From positions 249,595,832 to 249,659,831 of the forward strand of contig NC_058133.1 of NCBI RefSeq assembly GCF_016433145.1: a DNA stretch of 64,000 bases, given 5' to 3'. The notes beneath the pieces were generated by a model. The model was given only the letters and a program-made list of their open reading frames with translations. It was not told where the DNA came from and did no database searches. A program made the position numbers and the translations under genes. This DNA is from Gracilinanus agilis (Eukaryota). Positions 46,350 to 61,312 of this stretch are shown here, one piece after another (position 1 is the first letter of the stretch; the number at the start of each line of letters is the position of its first letter).

Positions 46350-48344
46350 CAGAAAATCTGTAACTTGACATTGTGGCATGAAGTCTGTTGGGAACCAGGG
46401 CTTTTTTGTCTTCACTTCATTGGTCTTCAATTCAATTTGACAAAAATTAAGTATCTATTAGACCAGTGTTGCACTTTTCAAAGTCACATACCCAAACTGC
46501 CTGTGAGCTCCTCTCATTCCCCATTACCTCAAAAAGTGAAGGGAGGAAGTACTTGCATTTGGCTGCTAGGCAGAGGGGCAGGGAATGCGAAAAATGTCCT
46601 CAGGTGCTTTGCCAACATAGTACTAGACAGATAATCTTGAGATTATAGTCTAATTGGGGGAGGAGTGCTTGCAGGGGTAAAATAACCCTGGGGCTGGAGG
46701 GGCTTGTTGAGTTTACAGCTGCCTAGAGAAGAAACCATTTATTTGGGGGGAGAGAATGGACCATGGAAAAGAGTAGATTATAAATCCTAGTATTTATAGA
46801 TTGCTGAAACTGGAAAGACCCTGAGATTCTTCACTCCTCCCTCCTTTTATGAATATAGAAACTGAGACCCAGTAAGAGTAAGTGATTTGCTCTTATCCCA
46901 GTACTCCCATCCTGATTACACCAAACGTAAATAAGTGGCTAGGAGCTAGGCTCTTTGTTTCTATTGGAATAGGTAGCTAGCATAATTGCAAGCAGGAAGA
47001 GGCTGGTAAGGAGATCTACACTCAAGCAGCCTCCTACCTTCCCTTCTTAACAGAATCTGGACTTGTACTGTCAGATTTAACATTCTTCACATTTTCCCAG
47101 GGCCTCTCCATTGCAAAGTGGGCTTTCCTTCTGGGTTCCAAGTCCATTATTGAATCATCCCAAAGCCAAACCACCTTTTTTCTGAATCCCTCACTCAAAC
47201 ATGAAAACTACACTGAACTTGTCCTTTCTTGCCACCACCACTCTCAGATTGACACTTGCTAACTTTGGAGAGGGCTTCAGCAGGCTTCAAAGGGCCTAGT
47301 GGATTCTGCTCCACATTGGCACAGGAAATCTAACAGGATACAGTCTGGTGTGAGCCTTTGAAGACCAGGGCAGGCAAGGAGGGTGGAATTCTCACTGAAT
47401 GTGATAGTTGCTGTAGTTAACAGGGGAACCTATGGAAGAAAAGAAAAGAGGGGAGGGAGAGGGAGTGGAAGCAATGACTCCATGTCTCATTAAACTGGGA
47501 ATGAAGCTCTCCTATACAGAGAGATAGGAGCTTTGAACCATCGACCTGGTTACCATTATTTGGGTGCAAAAGCGGCTTTAGTAAATTCCAACCCTATGTA
47601 AGACACTGTTAAGCTCTTTCAAGCTCCCCCAGGAGCGCTAGCTGAGGTCCTTTCTAAAGATCCAATCTACAAAATGATTTTTTCCCTCTATAAGTTGTGG
47701 ACAATGTGGCTGCCTAAGAAACAACAGTTCCTGAATTCCGATTCCGTTGGCACCTCTGATTTATCGCTGCGGAGTAACTGCACCCTGAGATCAACCTGAG
47801 AGGGACAGGGACACCCACCCCCCCTCCACCCCACTCCCTCTCCAGTGGGTGGGTTCAGTTCATTTATACCAAATCCCATCCTTTTCACGGCCTTGGGGAG
47901 CTAAATCTATGAGAATCACAGTCCCCGGCCGAGGGAGAGTAACTGGGAAAAGCAAAGGGCAGGATACAAATCTCGGAGCTTCCGAGTCTCTCCGTTGTCA
48001 CGGCAACTTTTTTTGTGTGCGCGTGCACACATTCCATCCCACAAATAACCATCCTTCCTTCTCGTTGGTCCCCTCGTTGCCCAGGGAACCGCGGTGCGGA
48101 TTGGGGCGCCGAAAGACACTGGAATTGCTGGGCTGGGTACCTATAAAGCATTTATGATGGAGCTGAGGAAGTACCAGAGGTGTGCGGGGTTCGGTAGGAG
48201 ATGGAGATTAGGGCGCCTGTGCGGAGGTCCCCTAAAGAGAAACTAAATGAAACTAAGGGCAAGTGACAGGGTGCGGTGGGGGTAGGAGCGGGGGCGGGGT
48301 GCGTTGATAGGCTGGTATATATGGGGAGAGACACTGTTGGTGAA

Positions 48345-48426
48345 GCTGTGATGGCCGAGTGGTTAAGGCGTTGGACTCGAAATCCAATGGGGTTTCCCCG
48401 CGCAGGTTCGAATCCTGCTCACAGCG
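48345..48426 (+). tRNA. TRS-CGA: tRNA-Ser(CGA), 82 nt
   Basis: GCTGTGATGGCCGAGTGGTTAAGGCGTTGGACTCGAAATCCAATGGGGTTTCCCCGCGCAGGTTCGAATCCTGCTCACAGCG. Intact cloverleaf with long variable arm, A and B boxes, T4 terminator at 48438-48441. Confidence 0.97.
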
Positions 48427-49086
48427 ACTCTTACATATTTTGGGAAGAGAGAGGCATCTCTCTTTAAAAATCTAGTTCTTTACAAACACCTGAAATGTTC
48501 TTTATTCAGACTGACAATTACTCTCTCCTCTTCCATTTGTGTTTCTATGTTTCTTGTGCATCTCAGACTTCCATCCGGACATACTTGAAGCATGTGCATA
48601 CTTCAACCTTGAAAAAGATAATGATATGTTTTTATTGACGCCTTTTGTTTTTTTACATTACTGTCATTTCCAAATGGATACCAGTCACTTCAGCGTTCAA
48701 ACTTTCCCTTATAACTAGAAAATGTTATGAAAATTCAACTAGAGAGTAGCTAAGTAAATGTAATATGTTGCCTCCGTAGCCCACCACCTCTCTGCCAGAA
48801 GGGTTTTTTTATTCAGAGCTGGAAAGAACACTAGAGCCATCTAGTTTGACCCACATATTGGCATAGAAGTATAGTGAGCTGCCCAAGTTACAGATAATAA
48901 GTAACAAATTTGAATTCAGGTCTTCTGAATACAAATCTAATGTTTTCATTTTCTTTTTTAAATTAATTTTTAAAAAATTAATACTCTTTTCCCACCTTTC
49001 CAACTCTTTGCACTCTAGAGAAAAGAAAAAGAAGGGGGAGAAAAGCCTTTTTAAAAAAAATATGCTTAGTAAAGCAATACGAATTC

Positions 49087-49237
49087 TTTTTTTTTTTTTT
49101 TAAACCCTTATCTTCCATTGGGGCTAAGCAGCCTGTCCAACTCTCACAGAGCTAAGTAATCAGGTCAGAATTGCACTTAGGACCTCACATATGTGCGTCG
49201 GGGGGATCTCAATCAACTAAGCCACTCAGCTGCCCCC
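49087..49237 (-). mobile_element. SINE1_Mdo-like SINE (internally deleted or diverged)
   Basis: Poly(T), TAAACCCTTATCTTCC tail, head GCCACTCAGCTGCCCC. 14-bp near-TSD AGCAATACGAATTC / AGCAATACAAATTC. Confidence 0.75.
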
Positions 49238-49699
49238 AGCAATACAAATTCTTGAATGGACCTTGTCCAAAATATATACATATATCTCATTCTGAATTCT
49301 GAATCCACCATCTCTCTATCAAGAAATGGGTAGCATGGTTCTATCAAGTTCTCAGGAATCCTGGTTAATCATTGCATTGATTAGAATTTTTAAGCTTTTC
49401 AAAGTTATTTGTCTTTACAACGTTTTTTTTTAAATTACATAATTTGTTTCGTTTCTCCTCACTTTACTTTGTATCCATTCCTATAAGCCTTCCCAGGTTT
49501 TTCTGAAACCATTCCTTTTCTCATTTTTTGTCACAAAAGTATTTATTCCATTATATTCACATACTATAATTTGTTCAATCATTCCTGAATTGATGAACAT
49601 GCTCTTAGTTTTCTACTTCTTTGCTACTACCAAGAAGAGGTGCTACAAATATTTTTTTTGTACAGCTATTCAGAAAGGAGTAAATGCTTTCATAGTTCC

Positions 49700-50620
49700 T
49701 TAGCCCATCTTTCTATAATATCAAAGATGGAAGGAATTCAGAAGCTATCTAGTTCAACTTGTACCTGAACAGGAATCCCTTTTATAAAAGTTCACAAGTG
49801 GTTATCCAGCCTCAGCTTAAAGTCTTCCAGTAAGGAGAAAATCAGCAATACTTGAGAAAGTCCCTTGCCCTCTTAACACAGCTATAGTTGTTAGGAACCT
49901 TTTCTCCCTAACTTGAAGTCCTCTGTGGATAAGCTGAACAAGTCTAATCCTTCTTTCATATAAAGGTCCTTCAGATTTTCCAAGACAGCTATCATGTTCC
50001 CCCTAGATCAATTCTCATATCACCATACTGACTTTTCTCCTTTAAATGCCCTTTAGTTTAACAATGTCCTGCCTAAAATGTGGCCCTCAGAACTGAGTAC
50101 AGCAGTTCAAATATGCCCTGGCCAAAGCAATGTCTAGTAGGATTATCATTTCCCTTGTCTAGAAGGTATGCCTTATTTGATACAATATAAAATTGCATTG
50201 ACTTTTTTGTCTGTTATAGCACACTATTGACACGGATTTTTATTGCTCTCTACAAAGTACTTGGCCACATGGCTCCTGTTCCTGTATATGTCTGAATACA
50301 AGTTTTACTGTTTGGGTGGAGAGGAGCTAGATTTGTGATTTCATTGGTATAGAGGCCTCTCAGGGAGGAAACTCCTACCAAAGCAGATGAACAGGTGTCC
50401 TACAATTTATAGTTCTGCAGTTGCCTGACTTAATTTTATTAGATTTAGGTTATCAGGAGAATTTTGGATCTGAATCATGATATTAAAAATGTTTGCTACT
50501 CTCAGCCTTATATCTGCTACAAATTTGATCAGAATACCTTCATCTAAATCATTGTTAAAAATATTGAACAACACAGGACTAAGGGCAAAGCCCAGAGGCA
50601 TATCACTATATATCCCTCTG
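49700..50620 (-). mobile_element. L3/CR1 LINE remnant including RT motifs
   Basis: Minus-strand translation near 50407-50601 gives PLGFALSPVLFNIFNNDLDEGILIKFVADIRL, a degenerate CR1 RT [21 protein letters not shown]...KFADD. Confidence 0.8.
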
Positions 50621-52799
50621 ATTGGAAATCAGACCTGAATCCACCCAATTATAACCTGGCCCATAATGTTCCAACTTGCCTTTAAAGATAGCATAAGAAT
50701 ATTAATCAATTAATTCTTATATCAAGTACTTACTATGTGTTAAGCATTGGGAACACAAATACAAAATCGGAAACAGTACCATTAAGGTGCATATTGGGTA
50801 ACAATCCAAATAGAATGGCAGAAAGAGGTTGCTATTTTTGGTGGTGGGGAGTGTTATAAAGGTGTTATTTAGAGCCACAGGGGAATATACTGACAAACCG
50901 TTTCCAGGAAAAATGTCAAAGTTGATCGGATTAGAGTTCAGGATCTAGAAGGGGGTGTGATGTGGTAGGGACCGAGGGTATTTACTGGGCAACAAAACAT
51001 CTGGTGAGAAAATGGCTAGGGAGTAAAGCAGAACATTTGTAAGAACAAACAAACAAAAAAGAAAACCTTGTCTATAATTTTCCATTCATTCTTCCTGCTT
51101 CTTGGCTTGTCCTTCACAATCTGTTTTGACTATAGTCACATCAGTGTCAGATAAGTATAAATTGAAAATATTCTTTTCATTTTTTGGAATTTGGTTTCTT
51201 GACAAGCTGCTAATCTTAGGAGGTTATTATTAAAGATAAACTCTGATCTACCACTTTATTAAACCTATCCAAAGAAAAGAAAAGAAATCAATTTAATCTT
51301 TAATGAAGCCAGCTTTTAGTGATCGCTGCTTCTGTTTCTAACTAGTGCTTGTAAACTACCCCTTTCATAATGTTCTAAAATTTTGCCAGAATCTAATGTA
51401 AAACTTTTAGGCCTTTTTGGTTTCCAAATGACACCTTATTTGCTCTTTTGAATGTTGGAATATTTATACTTATCCTTACCTAAGCAGTTAGATGGATCTA
51501 CAATTAGGAAGACCTGAGTTTGAATTTGGACATCCCTTAGAGATGTGTGATCATGGGCAAGTCACTTATTTATTGCTGCCTGACTCATTTTCCTCATTCC
51601 TATAAAATGGGAAAAATAATAGTATCTTACAACTCAGGGTTGGTGTGATGGTAAAATGAGCTATTTGTAAAGTGCTATGCAAACTTTGAAACTATTATTA
51701 TGTTTGCTCTTACTTCTCTCCAGCCTAGTGGTTCCTCCTTTCAGGGCCTATATTTTCTGCTTTATAAGCATCTTGAATATAAAGTCTCTAAAATAATTCC
51801 TTGCCCTATCACTTTACTTACATTCTTCCAGGTTTCCCTCTTTGCCTTCCTCTACCCCACCAGTGTGGCTACCTCCTTGACTTTGATCTCACTCAGACCG
51901 TGGGAAACCCTTCTTCAAAGCGGTATTGGTCACTGAGCACTGGTCTCCCCTCCCCCACTGTCAGTCTCTTCCTTTCTTGGGTCCCTTACTTGCCCTTCCC
52001 TGCCCCCTGCAAGTTCTTAAATCTCAGGTACCCAAAAGCTGAGGTCCCATCCCCCAGCTCTGAACTTTCAGGCCCTTACCTATAGGAGAGATGGGATGGA
52101 GAACGAAGGTGAGCAAGTCCAGAGCTGTGATCACACTGGAGCATAATAGGGGATTGCCATGGGGGAGTGGGGGATTGAAGTGGAGTAGACTGCCACTTTG
52201 GGAGCATCCACGTTTCAGCTGGAATTGCCTCTGCTTCAATAATCATGTTTTTACATGCCCCTAAACTATTTTCACAGATCCACCTACAAAACAAGTCACT
52301 TTTTCCTCTCTAAGCCTCCTCACATTCATTTAAATGTAATGAGAAATAATAGAGTTGCTATAGAAATGTGAATTATTCACATCTCAGCCCACTGGTTCTG
52401 AGTGGAAAGGAGGATTTCCTTCACCCTCTTACTCTATCCTTCATGGGTTTCTCTGTCCTGTGGAATTCCACAGGAAGAGGCTACCATAGAGAGTTATGGG
52501 GAGATCAATAGATGACCAGAGAGAAGGATTGGAGAATCATGGGGACAGTGGTGTTGGGGAGATTATTCCCAGGTGGCAGTGTAGGGAGGAGCACTTACTC
52601 ATCTTCACTTTCTAATATTTAAAGGTATGTCGAATCTCCAGGCAATAAATCTGTGAGTTCCTATCCCCTCCCTCCCCTGCCCCCCAGCTCCCAAGACTTT
52701 CAGGGAAATTAGGACCTTAGGGACAAAGGAAAAGTAGGTCTTCCCAGTCCTGCATCTCTCTTCCTTTGAAGAGCCGAAGCAGGAGGAGCAGCTAGGCCT

Positions 52800-53030
52800 G
52801 GGAATTAAAGCCTATAGATGCCGCACAGCCAGGGAGAGGGAAATCAGTGACACCTGACCAGCTGTGCTGCTTCCGTCCCGCAGAGCCCTACGCGTGGAGG
52901 ACACGAGCTTACAGCCCTCCTCTGCCATTCCCCATCCCCTGGTAGCCAAAGACACCCACCAGGTGTCTGGGAACCTGAGAGGCTGGGATATATAGAGCTC
53001 GGTTTGCGTGCAAGCTGCTAAGGGAAGAAA
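52800..53030. promoter_or_regulatory. Candidate HES7 distal regulatory module
   Basis: CpG-retaining patch with TGACACCT (52848-52855), CAGCTG (52859), CGCGTG (52891), CACGAG (52902), CCACCAGGTGTC (52956-52967) and TGGGAA (52968). Confidence 0.45.
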
Positions 53031-53699
53031 TCAAGAACTGTGGAGGGGCATCTCAGGGTTTGAAAAGGGACCTCAAAGACCATTTAGATCCCATTAGTCA
53101 ACACCCCCCCCCACTGACCCCAAGACAGTGCCCCTCTTCAATCTTAACCCTGCTGGTGGAGACCAAAGGCAGTGTGCCATAGTTCAGATGCCACTGAATC
53201 AGGCATCTCCTGTCCCAATGCAGGACAGAGGCTCCAGGTTCAGCTTCTGTAGCCTAATCTGTGGGTTCCTTCCCAGAAAACCTCAATCAGGCCTTGTGGC
53301 TCCTCTCGCCTAACCCACTTTTCATTTTTCTGTTTCTATTTTTGTACTATTGGTCTCCTTCCCTTTCATTCCTCTTCTCCTTTCTCTCCAACTAGTTTGA
53401 CCCATTTGTTTGTCCCCCATTTGGTGATCTCCCCCTCCACTCTTTCCCCCAACACCCTTCAGCCAAGGGCCTCCTGTTTCACACCTCAAGGGCCAAATCA
53501 ACTGTTCTCATGGGATGGAAAGAGAGGAGTGTGGGGAGGAGCAGCAGCAGCAGTGAAAACAGGCTGTGCGAAAGAGAAGTTGTAGGAAAGATGGAGACAG
53601 TCACAGACACTGAGAAGCACAAGCCCAAAGGGAAGGAGACCAAGACACAAAGAGAGCAGTTCCTTGGCATAGTCTCAGCATCCTGGTCCTCTGAACTCC

Positions 53700-53865
53700 C
53701 CCCTTTCCCCCACAGGCATGCATGCTTGTGCTTTCACAAGTGGCCTCTACATCTGGCCCGTGGGCCTGGGGCCCAGGCACGTGCAGGATCAAAGAAGGCT
53801 GAAAAGCAGGGGGTGGGGAAGGTGTCAATAACTCCTTGGTGTCAAACACCTTCCCAGGGAAGCCT
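53700..53865. promoter_or_regulatory. Candidate HES7 presomitic-mesoderm enhancer
   Basis: Inverted N-boxes CTTGTG/CACAAG (53725-53740), CATCTG (53750), CACGTG (53778), TCF/LEF ATCAAAG (53788-53794), T-box-like AGGTGTCA (53820) and GGTGTCAAACACCT (53838-53851), TTCCCA (53851). Confidence 0.55.
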
Positions 53866-56054
53866 AGGGCTGAGAGCCTGGGAGAGGAGAGGGGCTGGAG
53901 ATAGATACCCCCGGGAAAGGGAGACAGAAGAGACACACAGGGCACAAAGAGGAAATGGGAGGCTGAGGCAAAGAGACAGAAATAGTGGAGATACAAAGGA
54001 GATGGAGAGGAAAGAAGGAGAGAAAGTAAGAGATGGGAGAAAAGTCCCTAGAAAAGCAAGAACCAGGAGCTCCCAGCTATTTGGGCCAAGCTCCTCTTTG
54101 ACTGAGTCTCTCCCTCTGCACCCTGCTCCCATTCTCCCTCTCATATTCCCCCTTTTCACTCTCTTGCTGGGGATCAGAGGAGAAGGCATTTTCTCACAGT
54201 CATACCTGAAGAAGGCATGAAGTGAGCATGGGAGAATTGGGGAACTGAGCTTGATATAGAAAAAGGAGCAAGGACAAAGACTTAGGGAAGAAGTCAATGA
54301 TAATAACTGATATTTATTTTAGGGCTTTAAGGTTACAAAATTCTTCACATTTATTATCTCACAACAACCCTGTGAAGCTAGTTGCTATTACCACTCCTAT
54401 CTGACAAACAAGGAAACAGATTCAGAAAAGGTGAGTGACTTGTCCAGAGTCACACAGTTTTTAGTGCCTGAGAGAGGATTTTTTAACCAGTACTTGCACA
54501 TCTAAGCTTAGTGCTATATCCATTATACCATACTGGTTAAAAGAGCATTCTTCTTTCCTTTTTCAGGAACCTGATAGAAGTCTGGCTTTCATTTAAAGAA
54601 TGTAAGTTTTTCTCTTTTTAATCCTTCTAATAAAAAAAGAGAGTAGAGGCAACATTCTGAGCAGGATCTGAAGCTGGCTCTCCTTGAGGATAGAGCCCAA
54701 TTACTTATCAATGAACCAAGTGCCTACCTGCTGCATACATAACTGACTCCAAATTATTCCAGGGACACCTTAGTTAAAGGGGATCTCCTGGCTAGATTTG
54801 GGCCCATGACTCCTGACTTCCCAGGGGAAAGTAGGGCCAGGGGTTTGAAAAGTGCTTCATTAATTCATTCAATAAACAATTATTAAGTACCTACTATGTG
54901 CCAGGTATTGTGCTAAGCTCTGGAGATAAAAAAAAAAAGAGGCAAAAGATAGTCCTTAGTCTCAAGAATCTTATAGTCTAACAGGGAAGACAACATGCAA
55001 ACAAATGTATACAAAGCAACTAGATACAGAATATACAGTTTAAGGTTATATCATGTCAAAATTACGGTTAGAATTGAGGTGAAATTAGGTGTTCTGAAGC
55101 CCTGACTCCATCTTTTTTGGGATGGTCCCAGCAGGAGGTAAAGCCTGACAGCAAGGGTCAGAACTGGATTCTAGGTTACAGACAAGCAGCAGACAGACAG
55201 ACAGACAGAGGCTTCTGGACACTGTATGGAGTGCTCTTCTGGTCTGGGAAGGAACTGATGATGGAATGGAGTGGTGAGAGAGGGAGGAGGGTCCCTTTCC
55301 TGGCCTCCTCCCAATTCTGGCTGCTCTGGGTCATTAAAGCCACCCCATATGGCCAGGGGTTGGACCCACACCTGGTTGTGAACAGCCTTTCCCTCCTCTA
55401 CCAGACCCTGGTGAAAAGGAAACCACAAACCTGACTTAAATTCCCAGGGAGGAGGGGGAAACAGGGTCTCGGGCTTCAGCCATACTCCCCCTCAACATCT
55501 GTGCTGCCCCATTTGGCCTCACTGGGAAGGCTGAGTTTGTAGTCCTGGGGTCACCCCTCCAAGGTTATACTGACTGAAATGTTTTCTAGAAGCCAAATTT
55601 CTGTCTTTTGCAGAAATTATAAAACCATGGACCTACCAGAGCACTAGGAAGAGTCTGGGGAAATGATCTTTTTCCTTAAATTCGTTCTGTCTTTCTGAAT
55701 CAGTGTCCCTGTTTGTCTGTTTTTATTTGTGTCTATTTTTGCCTTTGCTTCTCTTTGAGTCTTTCCATAAGACAGAATAAACATTTTGGAGAAAAATCAG
55801 TTTTTCTTTTTCTGGACGTGTTTGTGTTGAATGGGTAAGATAGAGCAGTCAAAAAGGCTTTGAACTGGCAGTCAAAAAGAAGTCAAACTGGGTTTGACCT
55901 CTGGTTCTGCCACTTAACAAATTTTGTGACTTTGGCCAAATCATTGCTTCTTTTTTGGCAAGCCTCAGTTTCTTCATGTATAAAATAATCAAATTGGACT
56001 AGTTAAACTCCCAGATCTCCTCCAGCTCTGATATTCTATATGTATTTTCTCTAG

Positions 56055-56300
56055 GTAGTGCAGGGCCTGGAGTCAGGAAGACCTAAGTTCAAATCTAGTC
56101 TCAGACACTTACTAGCTTACTAGTGATACCAGGCAAGCCACTTAACCTCTGTTTACCTCAGTTTTCTTATTTGTAAAATGAGGATAAAAATAGCACCTAC
56201 CTCCCAGCATGGTTGTGAGGGTCAAATGAGATAGAAATTATAAAGTTCTTGGCCCAGGGCCAGGCATATAGTAAGTGCTAGTATAAATTTTAGCTGTCAT
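56055..56300 (+). mobile_element. MIR-type CORE-SINE
   Basis: GGGCCTGGAGTCAGGAAGACCTAAGTTCAAATC...CTCAGTTTTCTTATTTGTAAAATGAGGATAAAAATAGCACCTACCTCCCAG...GTTGTGAGGGTCAAATGAGA. Confidence 0.75.
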
Positions 56301-57599
56301 TGTTCCTATCCTTATCAACTGGCATGTGCACAGGGTAAGGCAGTCACTTATTCGAATATCATCTTAAAGGTTCAGAATCAAATTATACCAGCATTTATTA
56401 CATGTAAGAGGAAATAAGCCAGGTTCAGGTTCAGTAAGATAGTCCCTGCCCTCAAAGAGCTTATAGTATGGGTACAGGTAACTAGACATTATCATACAAG
56501 CAAAGACAAAAGCCCTGATGCTCTCCCCCCATACCCAAAGCAGGTCTCCATCAGGTCCTGTGTGAGGAGAGTGGATTGATCACTAATGGAAAAACTAGGG
56601 ATGAAATATTTTTGAAGGATGGGAGTGGGAAGCAGTGATTTGGAGACACTTGATTTGTAAACTATAAAGCATTCTATTAAATGTGAGCTTTAAGGAAAAG
56701 ATCTAGAAAAGGGCATAAAAGGAAGGGAAGCAGGGAAAGGGATAAGTTTTTCCAAGGCTAGGGGACAGGCACCAGAAAAAAACCTGTGGTAAAGAACATG
56801 GGAAAAGGAAGGCGGCATTTTTTTATCAAGGTAATTGTGGGTACAGGTACTCCTGGGCACTGGTGGAAGGGCATGGGAAGGTGGCACCCACTTCTATCTA
56901 CACTTAGACACTCTGTTCCCTCTTAATTCCATCGTCTGCAAGTGAACATGCAAATACTTGAATTACCTGCTTCATAGTGTTGTTGGGAGGACACTGACAT
57001 GGAAATGTGAAGTATGTGAATTATATATGAATATGTGTGTATGTTATTGGTATCAGAAGCTTCCAATTAAGAATTCCCCCTACCAAAATAAAGCGGCATT
57101 CAGTTGTTCTGTTCAGGATCCCATAGCCACGATGGGCAAGAGTGGAATCCAGATCTTTTTGACTTCAAGCCTAGCTCAAACCACCCTGAATAACTTCACC
57201 CTATGACTTCACTAATAATCCAATACCATGAGAACTTTTTCTGTAATATATGACCCTCAAGGAAGATATGGCCACATGGTGACTAACAGCTACTATTGAT
57301 AGAGAGAAGGAACATCAAGGCACATTCTCAGGATCCTTACCCCCATTCTCTAGCCATTACAGGAAGCTGCCTCTCACATAAACATCACTACTGTTAAACA
57401 GAAAAGAATAGCAGCATTGAGAAGAGTTCTTTTCTGTTAGAACTCCAACTAAAGATGAGATAAACATAATGGTACTTGCTAATATCCATCCTTCACTGCA
57501 ACCATAACTCCACTCTGGGACAAATTTGTGAAACTAAGACTTTCTGAATCTAACCTCAACCCTAGCACCTCACAAATTCTCTTGAGGGAAACACCAGCC

Positions 57600-57850
57600 C
57601 CCAACAAGTGGCCTTTCCCCTTTCAGCTTGGTTTGCCTGCCCTTCCTCACACCTCCCCCTTCCGGTAGCCTCGTGTCCTTAGTCTGGGGGGTCTTAAGCT
57701 GGCTGTTCACACCTAGCCTATCACTATAGGCTATGGAAGGGGGTGGGTGGGTGTTGAGGGGGTCCTGGAGGCGGTGCTGGAGGGAGGCGGTGTCCAGGGA
57801 CCCTCTGCCTTGATATAAAACACTGGGCAGCACTGACCAGCTCCATTCCA
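57600..57850 (+). promoter_or_regulatory. HES7: HES7 proximal promoter
   Basis: TATAAAA at 57814-57820, two T-box half-sites TCACACCT (57647-57654 and 57707-57714), N-box CTCGTG (57670-57675). Confidence 0.8.
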
Positions 57851-57865
57851 AGGTCCAGATGCGAG

Positions 57866-60869
<3,004 letters not shown>

Positions 60870-61306
60870 GTTTTTTGGGGAGGGAGGGAGGGCAGGGCAT
60901 TGAGGGCCGGAGGAGGGGGCCAGGAGTGGAGGGGCGCAGGAAGGTGGCGGGGAGGGCGGGACGAGAGAAAGGTTGAGAGAGAAAAGACTCCGTTTTGGAG
61001 GGCGGGGGCGGGGCTCGGGTCCCGGGCCCCAGGAGGAGGATGCTCCTCTGGACCCAGGCGTCCGGGCCGGGAAGGCGGGCTTCCTGGGGACCGAGGGCGC
61101 AGGGTGGGAGAGCCAGGGACAATGGGTGCTGTGGTCGTGTTGAGATTCTTGTTTATATATAGTATCTATATAAATATATATTTCCCCTTGTCCCTCTCCT
61201 CCCGTCCCTTTCCTCCCTTCCCTCTGATCTTCACACTAGCCCCTCCGAGTCCCTAAGCTTGAGTCCTTTCCATCCGCCCCGCACCCCCGGCCCAGCTAGT
61301 GCATGG

Positions 61307-61312
61307 AATAAA
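61307..61312 (+). terminator. HES7: HES7 polyadenylation signal
   Basis: First AATAAA after the stop codon, about 440 nt downstream. Confidence 0.75.

Noticed and set aside
47525-47600. Minus-strand GGTCGATGGTTCAAAGCTCC resembling a tRNA T-arm
   Set aside because: No pairing acceptor stem, D-arm or A box could be built around it.
53479-54297. Opposed ORFs of 236, 131 and 151 aa upstream of HES7
   Set aside because: They arise from a purine-rich/pyrimidine-rich low-complexity tract with non-ATG or weak starts and no domain similarity. The motif cluster suggests regulatory DNA instead.
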